The notes: generated by a model from the letters alone, not told the origin. A stretch of 39,807 nucleotides of DNA from Octopus bimaculoides (GCF_001194135.2 NC_068988.1:91217924-91257730); one strand, 5' to 3'. Numbered from the stretch's first letter, positions 23,475 through 34,475 are shown. Made by a program: numbers and translations.

Positions 23475-24136
23475 CAGTGGTTCTCAACCGGGGTCCATAT
23501 GGCCAATCGGGGTCCATTTAAGACTTTTTTGATAAAATTTATATGCAATAAATTGCTTATACCCCTACAACGAGCAAAATATTTTAATATATTGTTTAAT
23601 AGGCGCAGGAGTGGCTGTGTGGTAAGTAGCTTGCTTACTAACCACATGGTTCTGGGTTCAGTCCCACTGCGTGGCATCTTGGGCAAGTGTCTTCTACTAT
23701 AGCCTCGGGCCGACCAAGGCATGGTGAGTGGATTTGGTAGACGGAAACTGGAGGAAGCCCGTCGTATATATGTATATATATGTGTGTTTGTGTGTCTGTG
23801 TTTGTCCCCCCCAACATCGCTTGACAATCGATGATGGTGTGTTTATGCCCCCGTAACTTAGCGGTTCGGCAAAAGAGACCGATAGAATAAGTACTAGGCT
23901 TACAAAGAATAAGTCCTGGGGTCGATTTGCTCGAATAAAGGCGGTGCTCCAGCATGGCCGCAGTCAAATGACTGAAACAAGTAAAAGAGTAAAAGAGAGT
24001 AAGAGTAATATAATTTCTAATAATATTTGATAATAAAAATATAATAATATTTTTTTAAACATCAAATGGCTATGGGGGTCTATCCGAGTAAGGAATCAAA
24101 GGGGTCCATAGGCAAAAAAATGCTTAAGGAACACTA
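23475..24136. mobile_element. hAT (Charlie-like) MITE, itself interrupted by a SINE
   Basis: Left TIR CAGTGGTTCTCAACC, degenerate right TIR gcttaaggaacacta, subterminal GGGGTCC motifs, 8-bp TSD gactcaac/gactaaac (7/8). Confidence 0.8.
23602..24008 (+). mobile_element. Full-length SINE family A (tRNA head + internal TA/TG microsatellite + A-rich tail)
   Basis: A box TGGCTGTGTGGT, B box GGTTCAGTCCC, microsatellite about 23765-23803, tail gtaaaagagtaaaagagagtaagag. Confidence 0.9.
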
Positions 24137-24254
24137 GACTAAACCTATCAAGGTGGTGGCCCAGCATGGTCGTAGCCCAAGTAAAAAGCGATAAAGATGC
24201 ACACAAACACGTTCACATTCTGAATAGCCTCCCTCTATACACGCTATAGCCTTG

Positions 24255-24600
24255 CCTTTCCTCTCTCTCTCCCTCTCTCTCTCTCTCTCTTATCCACCTC
24301 TCTCTTTCTCTCTCTCTTCCACCTCTCTCTCATCACTCTATCTCCACTACTTTTCTTTCATCTCCCCACAATCTCTTCCCATTCATCTCACTCCTTAAAA
24401 CTCCCATCTTCTACCTCACTTCTCTTCATCCATCGTTCTCTCCCCTCTAACTCACCCACACTCTTGTTCTTCCACGTTTTCCTCCTACATTTGTTGCCTT
24501 CATTCCCCACCCCCACTCCAATAATTTTTCCATATACATATTTCGCTTTCTCCTACTCCCTACCGTATTACTTCCCCCTACTTACTTACCAACGGCACTC
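24255..24600. repeat. About 350-bp CT-rich polypyrimidine/polypurine tract
   Basis: Read directly. Confidence 0.85.
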
Positions 24601-24630
24601 AGTAAGCATGCGTCAGACGTCGAGCCTTAC

Positions 24631-24765
24631 CTGAGAACGAGGCCAATTATACACACGTGCAATACAATATATTTACCCGCATCAATCGTATCTTAGTATT
24701 TTTTCTTCCAACATATTCAACTTAATTCGGACACGACTATCGCACGCGTTTTACGTCTGTCACAT
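24631..24765 (-). other. Candidate non-coding exon in a CpG-rich patch
   Basis: Acceptor tttttctgttAG at 24766-24767, donor CAG|GTAAGG at 24630; stops in all three frames. Confidence 0.35.
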
Positions 24766-24890
24766 CTAACAGAAAAACTGAATGAATATAAGTATACGTA
24801 CATAAATTTATACGTATGTGTGTTTGTATGTATGTATGTATGTATGTATGTATGTATGTATGATTGTATGTATGTATGTATGTATTCTAT

Positions 24891-24957
<67 letters not shown>

Positions 24958-25307
24958 TGTCATATATCATATATAAAGAGAGAGAAATACAGATTTGATA
25001 GGGAGATAGATAAATAGATAAATGTATGTACATATTATGTATCTATGCTATGTTTATATTTATATATCTATATACATCTCTCTCTCGCTCGCTCCCTCTC
25101 TCTGGCTCTCTCTCTCTCTCTCTCTCTCCTTCTCTCTCTCTCTCTCCTTCTCTCTCTCTCTCTCTCTCTGCATATATATATTTATATATATATATATGTG
25201 TGTGTGTTTGTGCGTGTGTGTATGTGTGTGTATGCATTGCATACACACACACACTCACACACATATATATATATATATATATATACAATCATATGTATAC
25301 AGATATA

Positions 25308-25438
25308 TGGCGGTGTGGTAAGAAGCTTGTTTCCCAACAACATGGCTCCGGGTTCAGTCCTACTGCGTGACACCTTGGGCAACCAGACAAGGCCGTGACC
25401 TAGCATGACCGCAGTTAAGAGACTGAAGCAAGTAAAAG

Positions 25439-25440
<2 letters not shown>
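25308..25440 (+). mobile_element. Internally deleted SINE family A (head fused to tail)
   Basis: tggcggtgtggtaagaagcttg...gggttcagtcctactgcgtgacaccttgggcaa, then directly cctagcatgaccgcagtt..gactgaagcaagtaaaag. Confidence 0.8.
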
Positions 25441-25489
<49 letters not shown>

Positions 25490-25495
25490 TGTATA

Positions 25496-26837
25496 CACAC
25501 ACATGTTAGAAGTAAATAGATACCCCATAAAACATCGTTTTCTGTTTATTCTAACTTGTAAAGGTTTATATTTCTTATTAATTGACATTTTTATGTTTCA
25601 GATTCTATATGTGACTGTTTAATCATGCCATGTAGAAATGAAGCCTTGGAACTGTCTGAATTTCCAAGAGGCCGTATTGTGGGTCATTTTGAAGGTGGAT
25701 ATAGTCAGCGTAAAATCGCAGAAAACCTTGGGATCCCGCTTTCTGCAGTTAATTGAGTGATTGTGCAATTCACCAGAGAGGGGAAGGTGTCCACATCACT
25801 TTGTCCAGATCAACCAGGGCTCTCTGACAGGACCCTTCTCTTTGCTAAGAGAAGTGTGGAGGATAATCCTCGCTGCAAGACCTCTCACATAGCAAAGCAT
25901 GTTGATGTCACTCCCAGAACAGCTGTCAGGTATCTCCACAAACTTGGTTACTATGGCAGAGAAGGAGGAAGGACACCACATCTTTGACCGGCCAATATGA
26001 AGCGGAGAAAAGATTGGGCCAGTGAGATGGTGGAAAGGCCATTAGCATTTTGGAACACTGTCATATTCTCTGATGAGTCCAGATTTGCTGTATTTCCTAA
26101 CAGTGGTCGCGTGTGGGTCTGCAGACTCTGTGATCAAGAATTTGATGTGAAAAGATTGCAACTAGCAATGAAACACAGTAGCTATTCTGTGATGGTATAG
26201 GGAACAATTTGGAGCAATGGTTGATCAGAGCTGGTGGAGTGTGAAGGAAAGATAAACTCAAATAAATATGTGTCCATATTGCAGAAAGGACTCCTTCCAA
26301 ACTTCTCCAGTGGTGAANNNNNNNNNNAATGGTTGATCAGAGCTGGTGGAGTGTGAAGGAAAGATAAACTCAAATAAATATGTGTCCATATTGCAGAAAG
26401 GACTCCTTCCAAACTTCTCCAGTGGTGAAATGATTAAAGAAGACGCTCTATTTATGGAAGACGGTTAAGATGACCCAACATTTGTTGGAACAGAATGGCA
26501 TTAGAAAGCTTCCATAGCCAAGCCAGTCACCAGATATGAACCCTATAGAACACCTCTGGGGCAAAATGGACAGGATATTTCATAAACAGAACAAGAAAGC
26601 ATCTTCTTTTGAAATTATTACATTAAACTTACCATGAAATTCCGCAAGGGAATATTCACCATCTGATCAGTAACATGCCTGATAAGGCCCTTGCATTAAA
26701 AAATGCAAAGAACATGTCTACTTAATATTAAATGTTCACATTATAACAACTAACAAATAATTTGAATGTATAATTTCAGATTTAAATAAATTTTAATGAT
26801 TATAAGGGTATCTATTTACTTCTATCATGTCTATGTG
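25496..26837 (+). mobile_element. Near-full-length Tc1 (DD34E) transposon; transposase pseudogene about 25625-26729
   Basis: [41 protein letters not shown]; catalytic segments VIFSDESRF, LFMED and PSQSPDMNPIEHLW; several stops. TIRs acatg.tagaagtaaatagataccc; TA flanks. Confidence 0.92.
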
Positions 26838-26843
26838 TATATA

Positions 26844-27510
26844 CAGGGTACGGTTAATAAACTGTTGCCTAAATTAAGCAAAAATGAAAATAACATGGAC
26901 ATTTCATTTCAACAGATATATTTACCAAAATTACATTAAAATATCTTTAAATACTAAACAGTAAAATTCATTCAATAAAATTGTCATTGGCTTCAACTAC
27001 GGTCTCCAGACGACTTTGGAATCTCCTGCAACTCTTCTGGGCGGTCTCTTTGTTTAAGTAGATGAATGCTGCCATAATCCTCGCCTTCAGTTCATCTTTG
27101 ATGTTACAAGGAGCCCCACGCATAATAACCGAGGTAGCAGTCTGGGGAGTGCAGTGACCAGATGTCAGGGGTGATGTGGTCGCAGAAATTGTCTGACACC
27201 CATGACTAGGTTCTCCTGCTTGTGAGACATGGCGCAGAGTCTTGTTACCAGACCTAGGGTCTTCCAGCAGCCACCCTCTTCACCCAGGGCAGCACTACCT
27301 CCTCCAGGCACTTGATGTAAGCCTCCGTGTTGNNNNNNNNNNCCAGGCACTTGATGTAAGCCTCCGTGTTGAGTGTGAGGCCGTGTGGGAAGATGAATGG
27401 AGGCATAACGTCACCATCACTAGTGATCACTTCAAACACCCTGATGTTGACTGGATGTTTGATTTTTATCACTCTCGGTACAAGTGTTGGGGACACGGCA
27501 AGCCAACAGT
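26844..27510 (-). mobile_element. 5'-truncated maT/Bmmar1-like (DD37D-type) transposon
   Basis: KHPVNIRVFEVITSDGDVMPPFIFPHGLTLNTEAYIKCLEEVVLPWVKRVAAGRP, QQDSAPC, HSPDC, CNIKDELKARIMAAF...FQSRLETVVEANDNFIE. Terminal CAGGGTACGG after TA. Confidence 0.88.
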
Positions 27511-27743
27511 TTTCCTGTGTTCTCCATCTGATGATGATGATGATGATGAAGATGGTGATGATCCTGTCTTGAAATTTGGGGGTAGGGAGTTAGTTGATTA
27601 TATCTGCCTCAGTGCGTGACTGGTACTTTATTTTACCGATTCCGAAACAGATGAATGGCAAAGTACACCTCGGTGAATTTGAACTCAGAACGTTAAGGTT
27701 GTAGTATATTGTCAACTTAATGTGACAATCCCAATAAGGGAAT

Positions 27744-27896
27744 ACACTACTGCTGTTTAGCCCTAGGAAGCTGGACCGCTTCCTGTCGGCCTTGACACAA
27801 TTACTGTGTCCTTAAGTTTGTGAAGGGGAGACAAGCTCCCCCTGTCAAGGCCGACAGGAAGCGGTCCAGCTTCCTAGGGCTAAACAGCAGTAGTGT
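27744..27896. repeat. Perfect 54-bp inverted repeat with 45-bp spacer
   Basis: 27744-27797 is the exact reverse complement of 27843-27896. Confidence 0.95.
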
Positions 27897-28517
27897 NNNN
27901 NNNNNNNNNNNNNNNNNNNNNNNNNNNNNNNNNNNNNNNNNNNNNNNNNNNNNNNNNNNNNNNNNNNNNNNNNNNNNNNNNNNNNNNNNNNNNNNNNNNN
28001 NNNNNNNNNNNNNNNNNNNNNNNNNNNNNNNNNNNNNNNNNNNNNNNNNNNNNNNNNNNNNNNNNNNNNNNNNNNNNNNNNNNNNNNNNNNNNNNNNNNN
28101 NNNNNNNNNNNNNNNNNNNNNNNNNNNNNNNNNNNNNNNNNNNNNNNNNNNNNNNNNNNNNNNNNNNNNNNNNNNNNNNNNNNNNNNNNNNNNNNNNNNN
28201 NNNNNNNNNNNNNNNNNNNNNNNNNNNNNNNNNNNNNNNNNNNNNNNNNNNNNNNNNNNNNNNNNNNNNNNNNNNNNNNNNNNNNNNNNNNNNNNNNNNN
28301 NNNNNNNNNNNNNNNNNNNNNNNNNNNNNNNNNNNNNNNNNNNNNNNNNNNNNNNNNNNNNNNNNNNNNNNNNNNNNNNNNNNNNNNNNNNNNNNNNNNN
28401 NNNNNNNNNNNNNNNNNNNNNNNNNNNNNNNNNNNNNNNNNNNNNNNNNNNNNNNNNNNNNNNNNNNNNNNNNNNNNNNNNNNNNNNNNNNNNNNNNNNN
28501 NNNNNNNNNNNNNNNNN

Positions 28518-29060
<543 letters not shown>

Positions 29061-29618
29061 CAAAGTTAATCTGAGCTTGCTTAGGTGTGTGCGTGTATTT
29101 ATATGCGTTTGCGTGTGCTTTTAACTGTGTGCATATTAATGCACGCGTGTATTGAACTGTATGTGTTAATGCGCGTATGTGGTAATGTCTGTATATGTGT
29201 GTATTAATATATGTATCTCTCTATTAATGTATATATGTGTCTGCATTAATGCATTTGAGCCTTTTTCTACATTTTTGACGACAGCCTTTTCGTGTTTAAT
29301 TCACTTTATTTCATGTATATCTATTTCTAATGGTCCTTTTATATCCACCCTTATACAATCCTATCCAACCCTTATTCACCCACTCTTTAGCCATCAGTCA
29401 TTTTTCCGCGTTCATTTAACTGTCGTGAACCACCAAACCAACGTTGGCCGGGAAAAATGACCGGAAGTCCTGATTTAGATGGAAGGAAGTGTTCAGGAAG
29501 GAATGAGTTACAGTTGAGTTTGCACCCCATGCCCTTCCGGTTTCGTGTTTTACTAAATCCTTTAAACAGAGGTCAGTTTTAGGAGCAACCACAACAGTAT
29601 AATCCAATACCCTCCTCA

Positions 29619-29655
<37 letters not shown>

Positions 29656-29743
29656 GAGAATTTACGAAAAAAACAACAGACGAAGACAGGTGGTGTAAAC
29701 AACAAATGGATGTATTACTTTAACGCTCGGGAATAGAGAAAGT

Positions 29744-29779
29744 CTTTGACGTTTCGAGCCTACGCTCTTCAACTGAAAG
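29744..29779 (-). ncRNA. Minimal type-I hammerhead-like motif with mutated core, in a Penelope-pLTR-like repeat (about 29650-30060)
   Basis: Minus strand CTTT CAGTTGA A GAGC-GTAG-GCTC GAA ACGT C AAAG: helix I CTTT/AAAG, helix II GAGC/GCTC, palindromic ACGU, GUC site. Core is CAGUUGA instead of CUGANGA. A second degenerate copy lies at 29959-29992. Confidence 0.55.
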
Positions 29780-30187
29780 GAACACAGAAAGAAATAAGGA
29801 GAGAAACAAGGAGAAAAAAAAGGACAAAAAAATGCAGAAAAAAAAAATAAGGAGAAAAAAAATAAGGAGAGAAACAAGGAGAAGGAGAAAAAAGACAACA
29901 ACAAAAAAAAACAACAATGCGGTGACATGGTACATGCAAGAGAAGGAAAGAAAGGGTTGTCTTACTTTTCGAGCAAAGCTCTACTTCGGAAACAGGAGAC
30001 ATAGGAAAGTCCAAAAGAAAAGGAAGAAGGAGGAACAAATTGCCAACAGTCCATGTGTAGTTACATTATGTATATATTNNNNNNNNNNNNNNNNNNNNNN
30101 NNNNNNNNNNNNNNNNNNNNNNNNNNNNNNNNNNNNNNNNNNNNNNNNNNNNNNNNNNNNNNNNNNNNNNNNNNNNNNNNNNNNNNN

Positions 30188-30225
<38 letters not shown>

Positions 30226-30779
30226 TATATTTACGTATGCATAAATAAACAACAAACGATAGATAAATGTCACTTCATTACAGCTGTTTCCAACGGATTC
30301 CTAAAATATATTAATGAGTACATTATACCATAACTAAAGAAAAACAGCTGTCTCCAGATAATACATAATATTCCCAAACAATATAAGAATAACACTTGAC
30401 CACAGCAGGCGAACCGAACCTGATTCCAGACAAGGCTGATGCCTGTATAAACTGTTTAAATTGTTTCAACTTCAATCTTGCGGTCTCGCTGGGGCACCAT
30501 CGTCCGCTGCGCTCATGCTGGAGCAACCGTTTTCCACAGCTGTTCATAGTTTCACTTCTCTATCTCTAATCATTATATCAGGTCTGTTGTGCTTACATTT
30601 TATTGAGGTTTTCACTGGGACATTCCACCAGTATTACTCTTTATTACGAGTGACTGCCATACTGCAGGTTCTTATTTTTTGTACTCGAGGTTATCCTTCC
30701 GACGGATTTCATTATCTACATCTTGACTCATGTATGTATGTATGTATGTATGTATGGATGGATGTATGGATGTATGTAC

Positions 30780-30863
<84 letters not shown>

Positions 30864-30944
30864 CTGTTGGGGAAAGTAATAAAGTAAGTATTTACGTCCT
30901 ATGTATGTTTCAAAAGCATTCCGAACGAATATTACATATCTTAA

Positions 30945-31088
30945 ATGTGCTACATAGATGTAATTTGCTACATAGATGTAATGTGCTACATAGATGTAAT
31001 GTGCTACATAGATGTAATGTGCTACATAGATGTAATGTGCTACATAGATGTAATTTGCTACATAGATGTAATTTGCTACATAGATGTT
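30945..31088. repeat. 18-bp minisatellite x8, unit AT(G/T)TGCTACATAGATGTA
   Basis: Eight contiguous units counted; variants ATGTGC (5) and ATTTGC (3). Confidence 0.97.
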
Positions 31089-31371
31089 CAGCATTCCTTC
31101 TCCTTGGGTATCACGACCATTTTGGATCTCACTAATTTATTTCATCTTCATAAATACAAACATACATATATAAGTATGTATGCATGTATGTATGTATGTA
31201 TGTATGTATGTATACATATTTATAGGAGTTTGTGAGACTGTGTGTATCGATACAATAATATTCAGAACTTTATAAATCATATTTTCTCCTGAAACTCCGT
31301 AGATTGTGGCTCTGAGTTTCACATTTTATTGATTATCGAGTAATTAAACACTTTTCTTATCTATTATACAG

Positions 31372-31458
31372 GTTGAAAGACAGAAACATTTGAATATACA
31401 CAGTGACTGTGTAAAACCATTTGACATAACTGGAAAAAGTCGCAGATTTGCAGATGAG
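31372..31458 (+). CDS. Candidate internal coding exon (87 nt, phase 0-0) VERQKHLNIHSDCVKPFDITGKSRRFADE, product unknown
   Basis: Acceptor cacttttcttatctattatacAG, donor GAG|GTTAGA. Only one frame is open, and it is symmetric. Confidence 0.35.
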
Positions 31459-31630
31459 GTTAGATAATTTTTTTTATGATAGTTTGGGCTGAGCCAGTAC
31501 CTTGCGAATGGAAGTCGATAGATAGATGTGTTACAGAAGCCGTCTTATATGAATATACGAGTGTATGTATTTTTGTAAGTATGTGTGTATGTGTGCATGC
31601 ATGTGTGCATGAAGGCGATTGAGAAGAAAG

Positions 31631-31691
<61 letters not shown>

Positions 31692-32313
31692 GGGCAGACA
31701 GACAGACAGACGGGCAGACAGACAGACAGACAGGCAGACAGACAGACAGACGGGCAGACAGACAGACAGTTGGAAAGGGTGAAGGATATTAAGTTTCCCA
31801 GATGCTGGATATGTCCGGAGGTTACGACATATGGATAATGGAGAATGCATTAAGGGGAGATAATCCTTTATGATGAAGGTAAGGGTGGATTAGTGATGTC
31901 AGTAAATGCGTGAGGTAGTGGCTGTTTCATCACACACCATAACACCACTATCATGATCATGTTCATAGCCACCATCATCGTGAACAACAAAAGCAACAAT
32001 CATCATTATCATCGATTACAGTGGACATACAGCCAACTGGACCAGATTAACATCGTATTAATTATCAGTCAGCGAATTAAAGCTTCTGCATAATTGCACA
32101 CTGGCATACACTTACACACACTTACACACACACACATACACACACACACACACTCACACACTCACACACACACACAACGCACATGCGCACGCACACACAA
32201 TCACGCACATACATACAAATGACTGTGGTAAATATTTGTGTAACATCATATGACATGTTAAAAATATGTTCTATGAGTGCATTTGATCCTGTATATGTTT
32301 GTTTGCGTTGATA

Positions 32314-32359
<46 letters not shown>

Positions 32360-32954
32360 ATGTGTGTATGTTTGTATGTATGTATGTATATGTATATAAA
32401 TAGCAAAGGTGGGTTATTCGCAGTTTACACCCGAAAGGCAAAAATATAGACGTCACTAAAGTGACTGAGGGCAGTAGTGAGCGCTGTTATTGGTAAACAT
32501 GAGAGTCAAAACAACTCAAGAGCCACAGGAAGCACTTAAGACTGACAAAGGATGCAAGCTCCCTACATCATTACAGTTCTTTCTGCTATAAGAAGCAGTG
32601 TACCTTGAGCTGAGAGCTCGTACAACACTCTAAAGCTGCAATCGTATAATATATCACAGAATCGGCAGTAAATACTACGGATTCGTTTATGAGATTATAT
32701 CATAATTGCTCAAGTTACTCATTAGATGTGCAAACGTCCTATGACTCTTTCGAATCAATGTTTTCGAATCATAATAATTTCAAATATAGTCACGAGGACA
32801 GAAATTTGCAGAAGTCGTTTAGTCGATTATAAAAACTCTTAGAACATTATGGATAACTCATTTTATCAACCACAAAATGATAAAACCCAAAACGACATAG
32901 GCGAGATTTGAACATAGAATATAAAAATAGTCGAAAAATAAAAAGCTAATAAAT

Positions 32955-33027
32955 CGACCACGACGAGACTCGAACTCGCAATCTTCTGATTCGAAGTCAG
33001 ACGCCTTATCCATTAGGCCACGCGGCC
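32955..33027 (-). tRNA. tRNA-Arg(UCG)
   Basis: 73 nt GGCCGCGTGGCCTAATGGATAAGGCGTCTGACTTCGAATCAGAAGATTGCGAGTTCGAGTCTCGTCGTGGTCG. Full cloverleaf: 7-bp acceptor, TCTGA/TCAGA anticodon stem, TCG anticodon, GCGAG/CTCGT T stem. A and B boxes present; T5 Pol III terminator about 11 nt downstream. Confidence 0.97.
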
Positions 33028-33289
33028 GTATGCTCAAACGAATCGCTATAGTTCATATTAGTTGACTGTTTTCGTTGTATGAGTAGAATAGTAATAGTAT
33101 TTATTATGATTGCAGTAACATTGTTAACTGGAGGCGGGATCAATAAGAACACAAGAATGTTCTGCTGGTGCTTATTTTATTGCGAATAAAATGGTAACAG
33201 AGTGTATCACCTTCGACTTAAACCAAAACTGGTATCTCAAATAACCACGCATGACTTCGAACTTTATTAGAGCTACACATAAAGTTTAG

Positions 33290-34030
33290 GGTAATTTTTC
33301 AGAGCAACACCCGCAAGATTTTCACTAAGAAAAAAAAACTCCGGTTTTTTGTGTGGAATCAAGTACCCTGACCTCCTAATATTCTGCAAATCCCTTATTT
33401 TGTTTCGGGAAAAGGTGCCAGAACGAACCCCCCGCCCCGTTCCCAGATTCATTGGAATTTTTTTTTTTTTTTCGTTGAATGAATTCCTGTGACATCCTAA
33501 TATGCTACAAAACCCTTTTTGTGGTCCGAAAAACGGCGTGCGGTGAGGTGGAAGCCTCGGAAATTTCACCCACTCCTACCTCCAATGATCTTTTCAGCAG
33601 CACGATTTTCACTAAGGAAAAAAAAATTCCAATGAATCCGGGACTGATTTCCTTAACCCTAACCCTAACCCTAAAATCCTAACCCTAACCTTAACACCCT
33701 AACCCTAATCTTAAACCTTAATCCTAACCCTAAAACGCTAACCCTAAATTTCTAACCCTAACCCTAACCCTAAAACCCTAACCCCAACCCTAACCCTAAA
33801 ACCTTAACTCTAACACTAACCCTAAAACCCTAATCCTGAAAAGATCAATGGGAGCGAAAAAAAAGAAATTTCTAATGAATCCGGGACTGGGATGGTTTCC
33901 CCCCTCCTTTTCCGAACCAAAATAAGGGATTTGCAGCATATTAGGGTACTTTATTCCACGCAAAACATCCGAGTTTTCTCTTCTTTTTTTCCTAGTGAAA
34001 ATCGTGTGGGTGTTACTCTGAAAAATTACC
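33290..34030. mobile_element. Foldback DNA element FB3 (741 bp; TIRs of about 180 bp; GG termini; 8-bp TSD) with a telomeric-repeat core
   Basis: 33290-33475 is the imperfect reverse complement of 33855-34030 (ends GGTAATTTTTCAGAG). TSD aagtttag/aagttttg (7/8). Confidence 0.88.
33654..33837. repeat. Degenerate (TAACCC)n array with TAAAACCC variants inside FB3
   Basis: Read directly. Confidence 0.95.
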
Positions 34031-34039
34031 AAGTTTTGT

Positions 34040-34263
34040 TTATCTTTTACTTGTTTCTGTCATTACAGTACGGCTTTGCTGGGGCACCACCTTGAAGAAT
34101 TTTTAGTTGAATGAATCGACCCCAGTACTTTTTTTTTTAAATTTTGATACTTATTGTATCGGTTTCTTTTGCTGAACCGCTAAGTTACGGGGACGTAAAC
34201 ACACCAATACCGGTTGTCAAGCGGTGGTGGGACACACGCACGTGTACGCACACACACACGTGT

Positions 34264-34302
<39 letters not shown>

Positions 34303-34475
34303 TATATATATACATACGACGGGCTTCTTTCAGTTTCCGTCTATCAAATCCATTCACAAGGCTTTGGTTGGCTTCAGGATATAGTAGACAACACTTGCTC
34401 AAGGTGCCACGCAGTGGGACTGGACCCGGACCAATGCGGTTGGGAAGCAAGCTTCTTACCATACAGCCGCTCCTG
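34040..34475 (-). mobile_element. Full-length SINE family A
   Basis: Reverse complement of 23602-24008, with an internal CA/TA microsatellite at the same position. Confidence 0.9.

Larger units (their letters stand above)
23232..24195 (+). mobile_element. Old SINE family A copy split by a hAT MITE (23232-23474 + 24145-24195)
   Basis: Head tggctgtgtgattaagag, body gaaggaaactg, 3' part ...gacttgttcgactcaac resumes after the insertion as ctatcaaggtggtggcccagcatggtcgtag. Confidence 0.75.

Noticed and set aside
20676-27371. Apparent tandem duplications around 10-N gaps (20730-20739, 21064-21073, 26318-26327, 27333-27342)
   Set aside because: Identical 29-100 bp flanks either side of a fixed-size gap are unmerged contig overlaps (assembly artefact).
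30945-31088. CRISPR-like array or repetitive protein
   Set aside because: Units are contiguous with no spacers, the context is eukaryotic, and there is no supporting gene structure.
31802-31878. Exon between tttcccAG and AAG|GTAAGG
   Set aside because: Weak acceptor and stops in all three frames.
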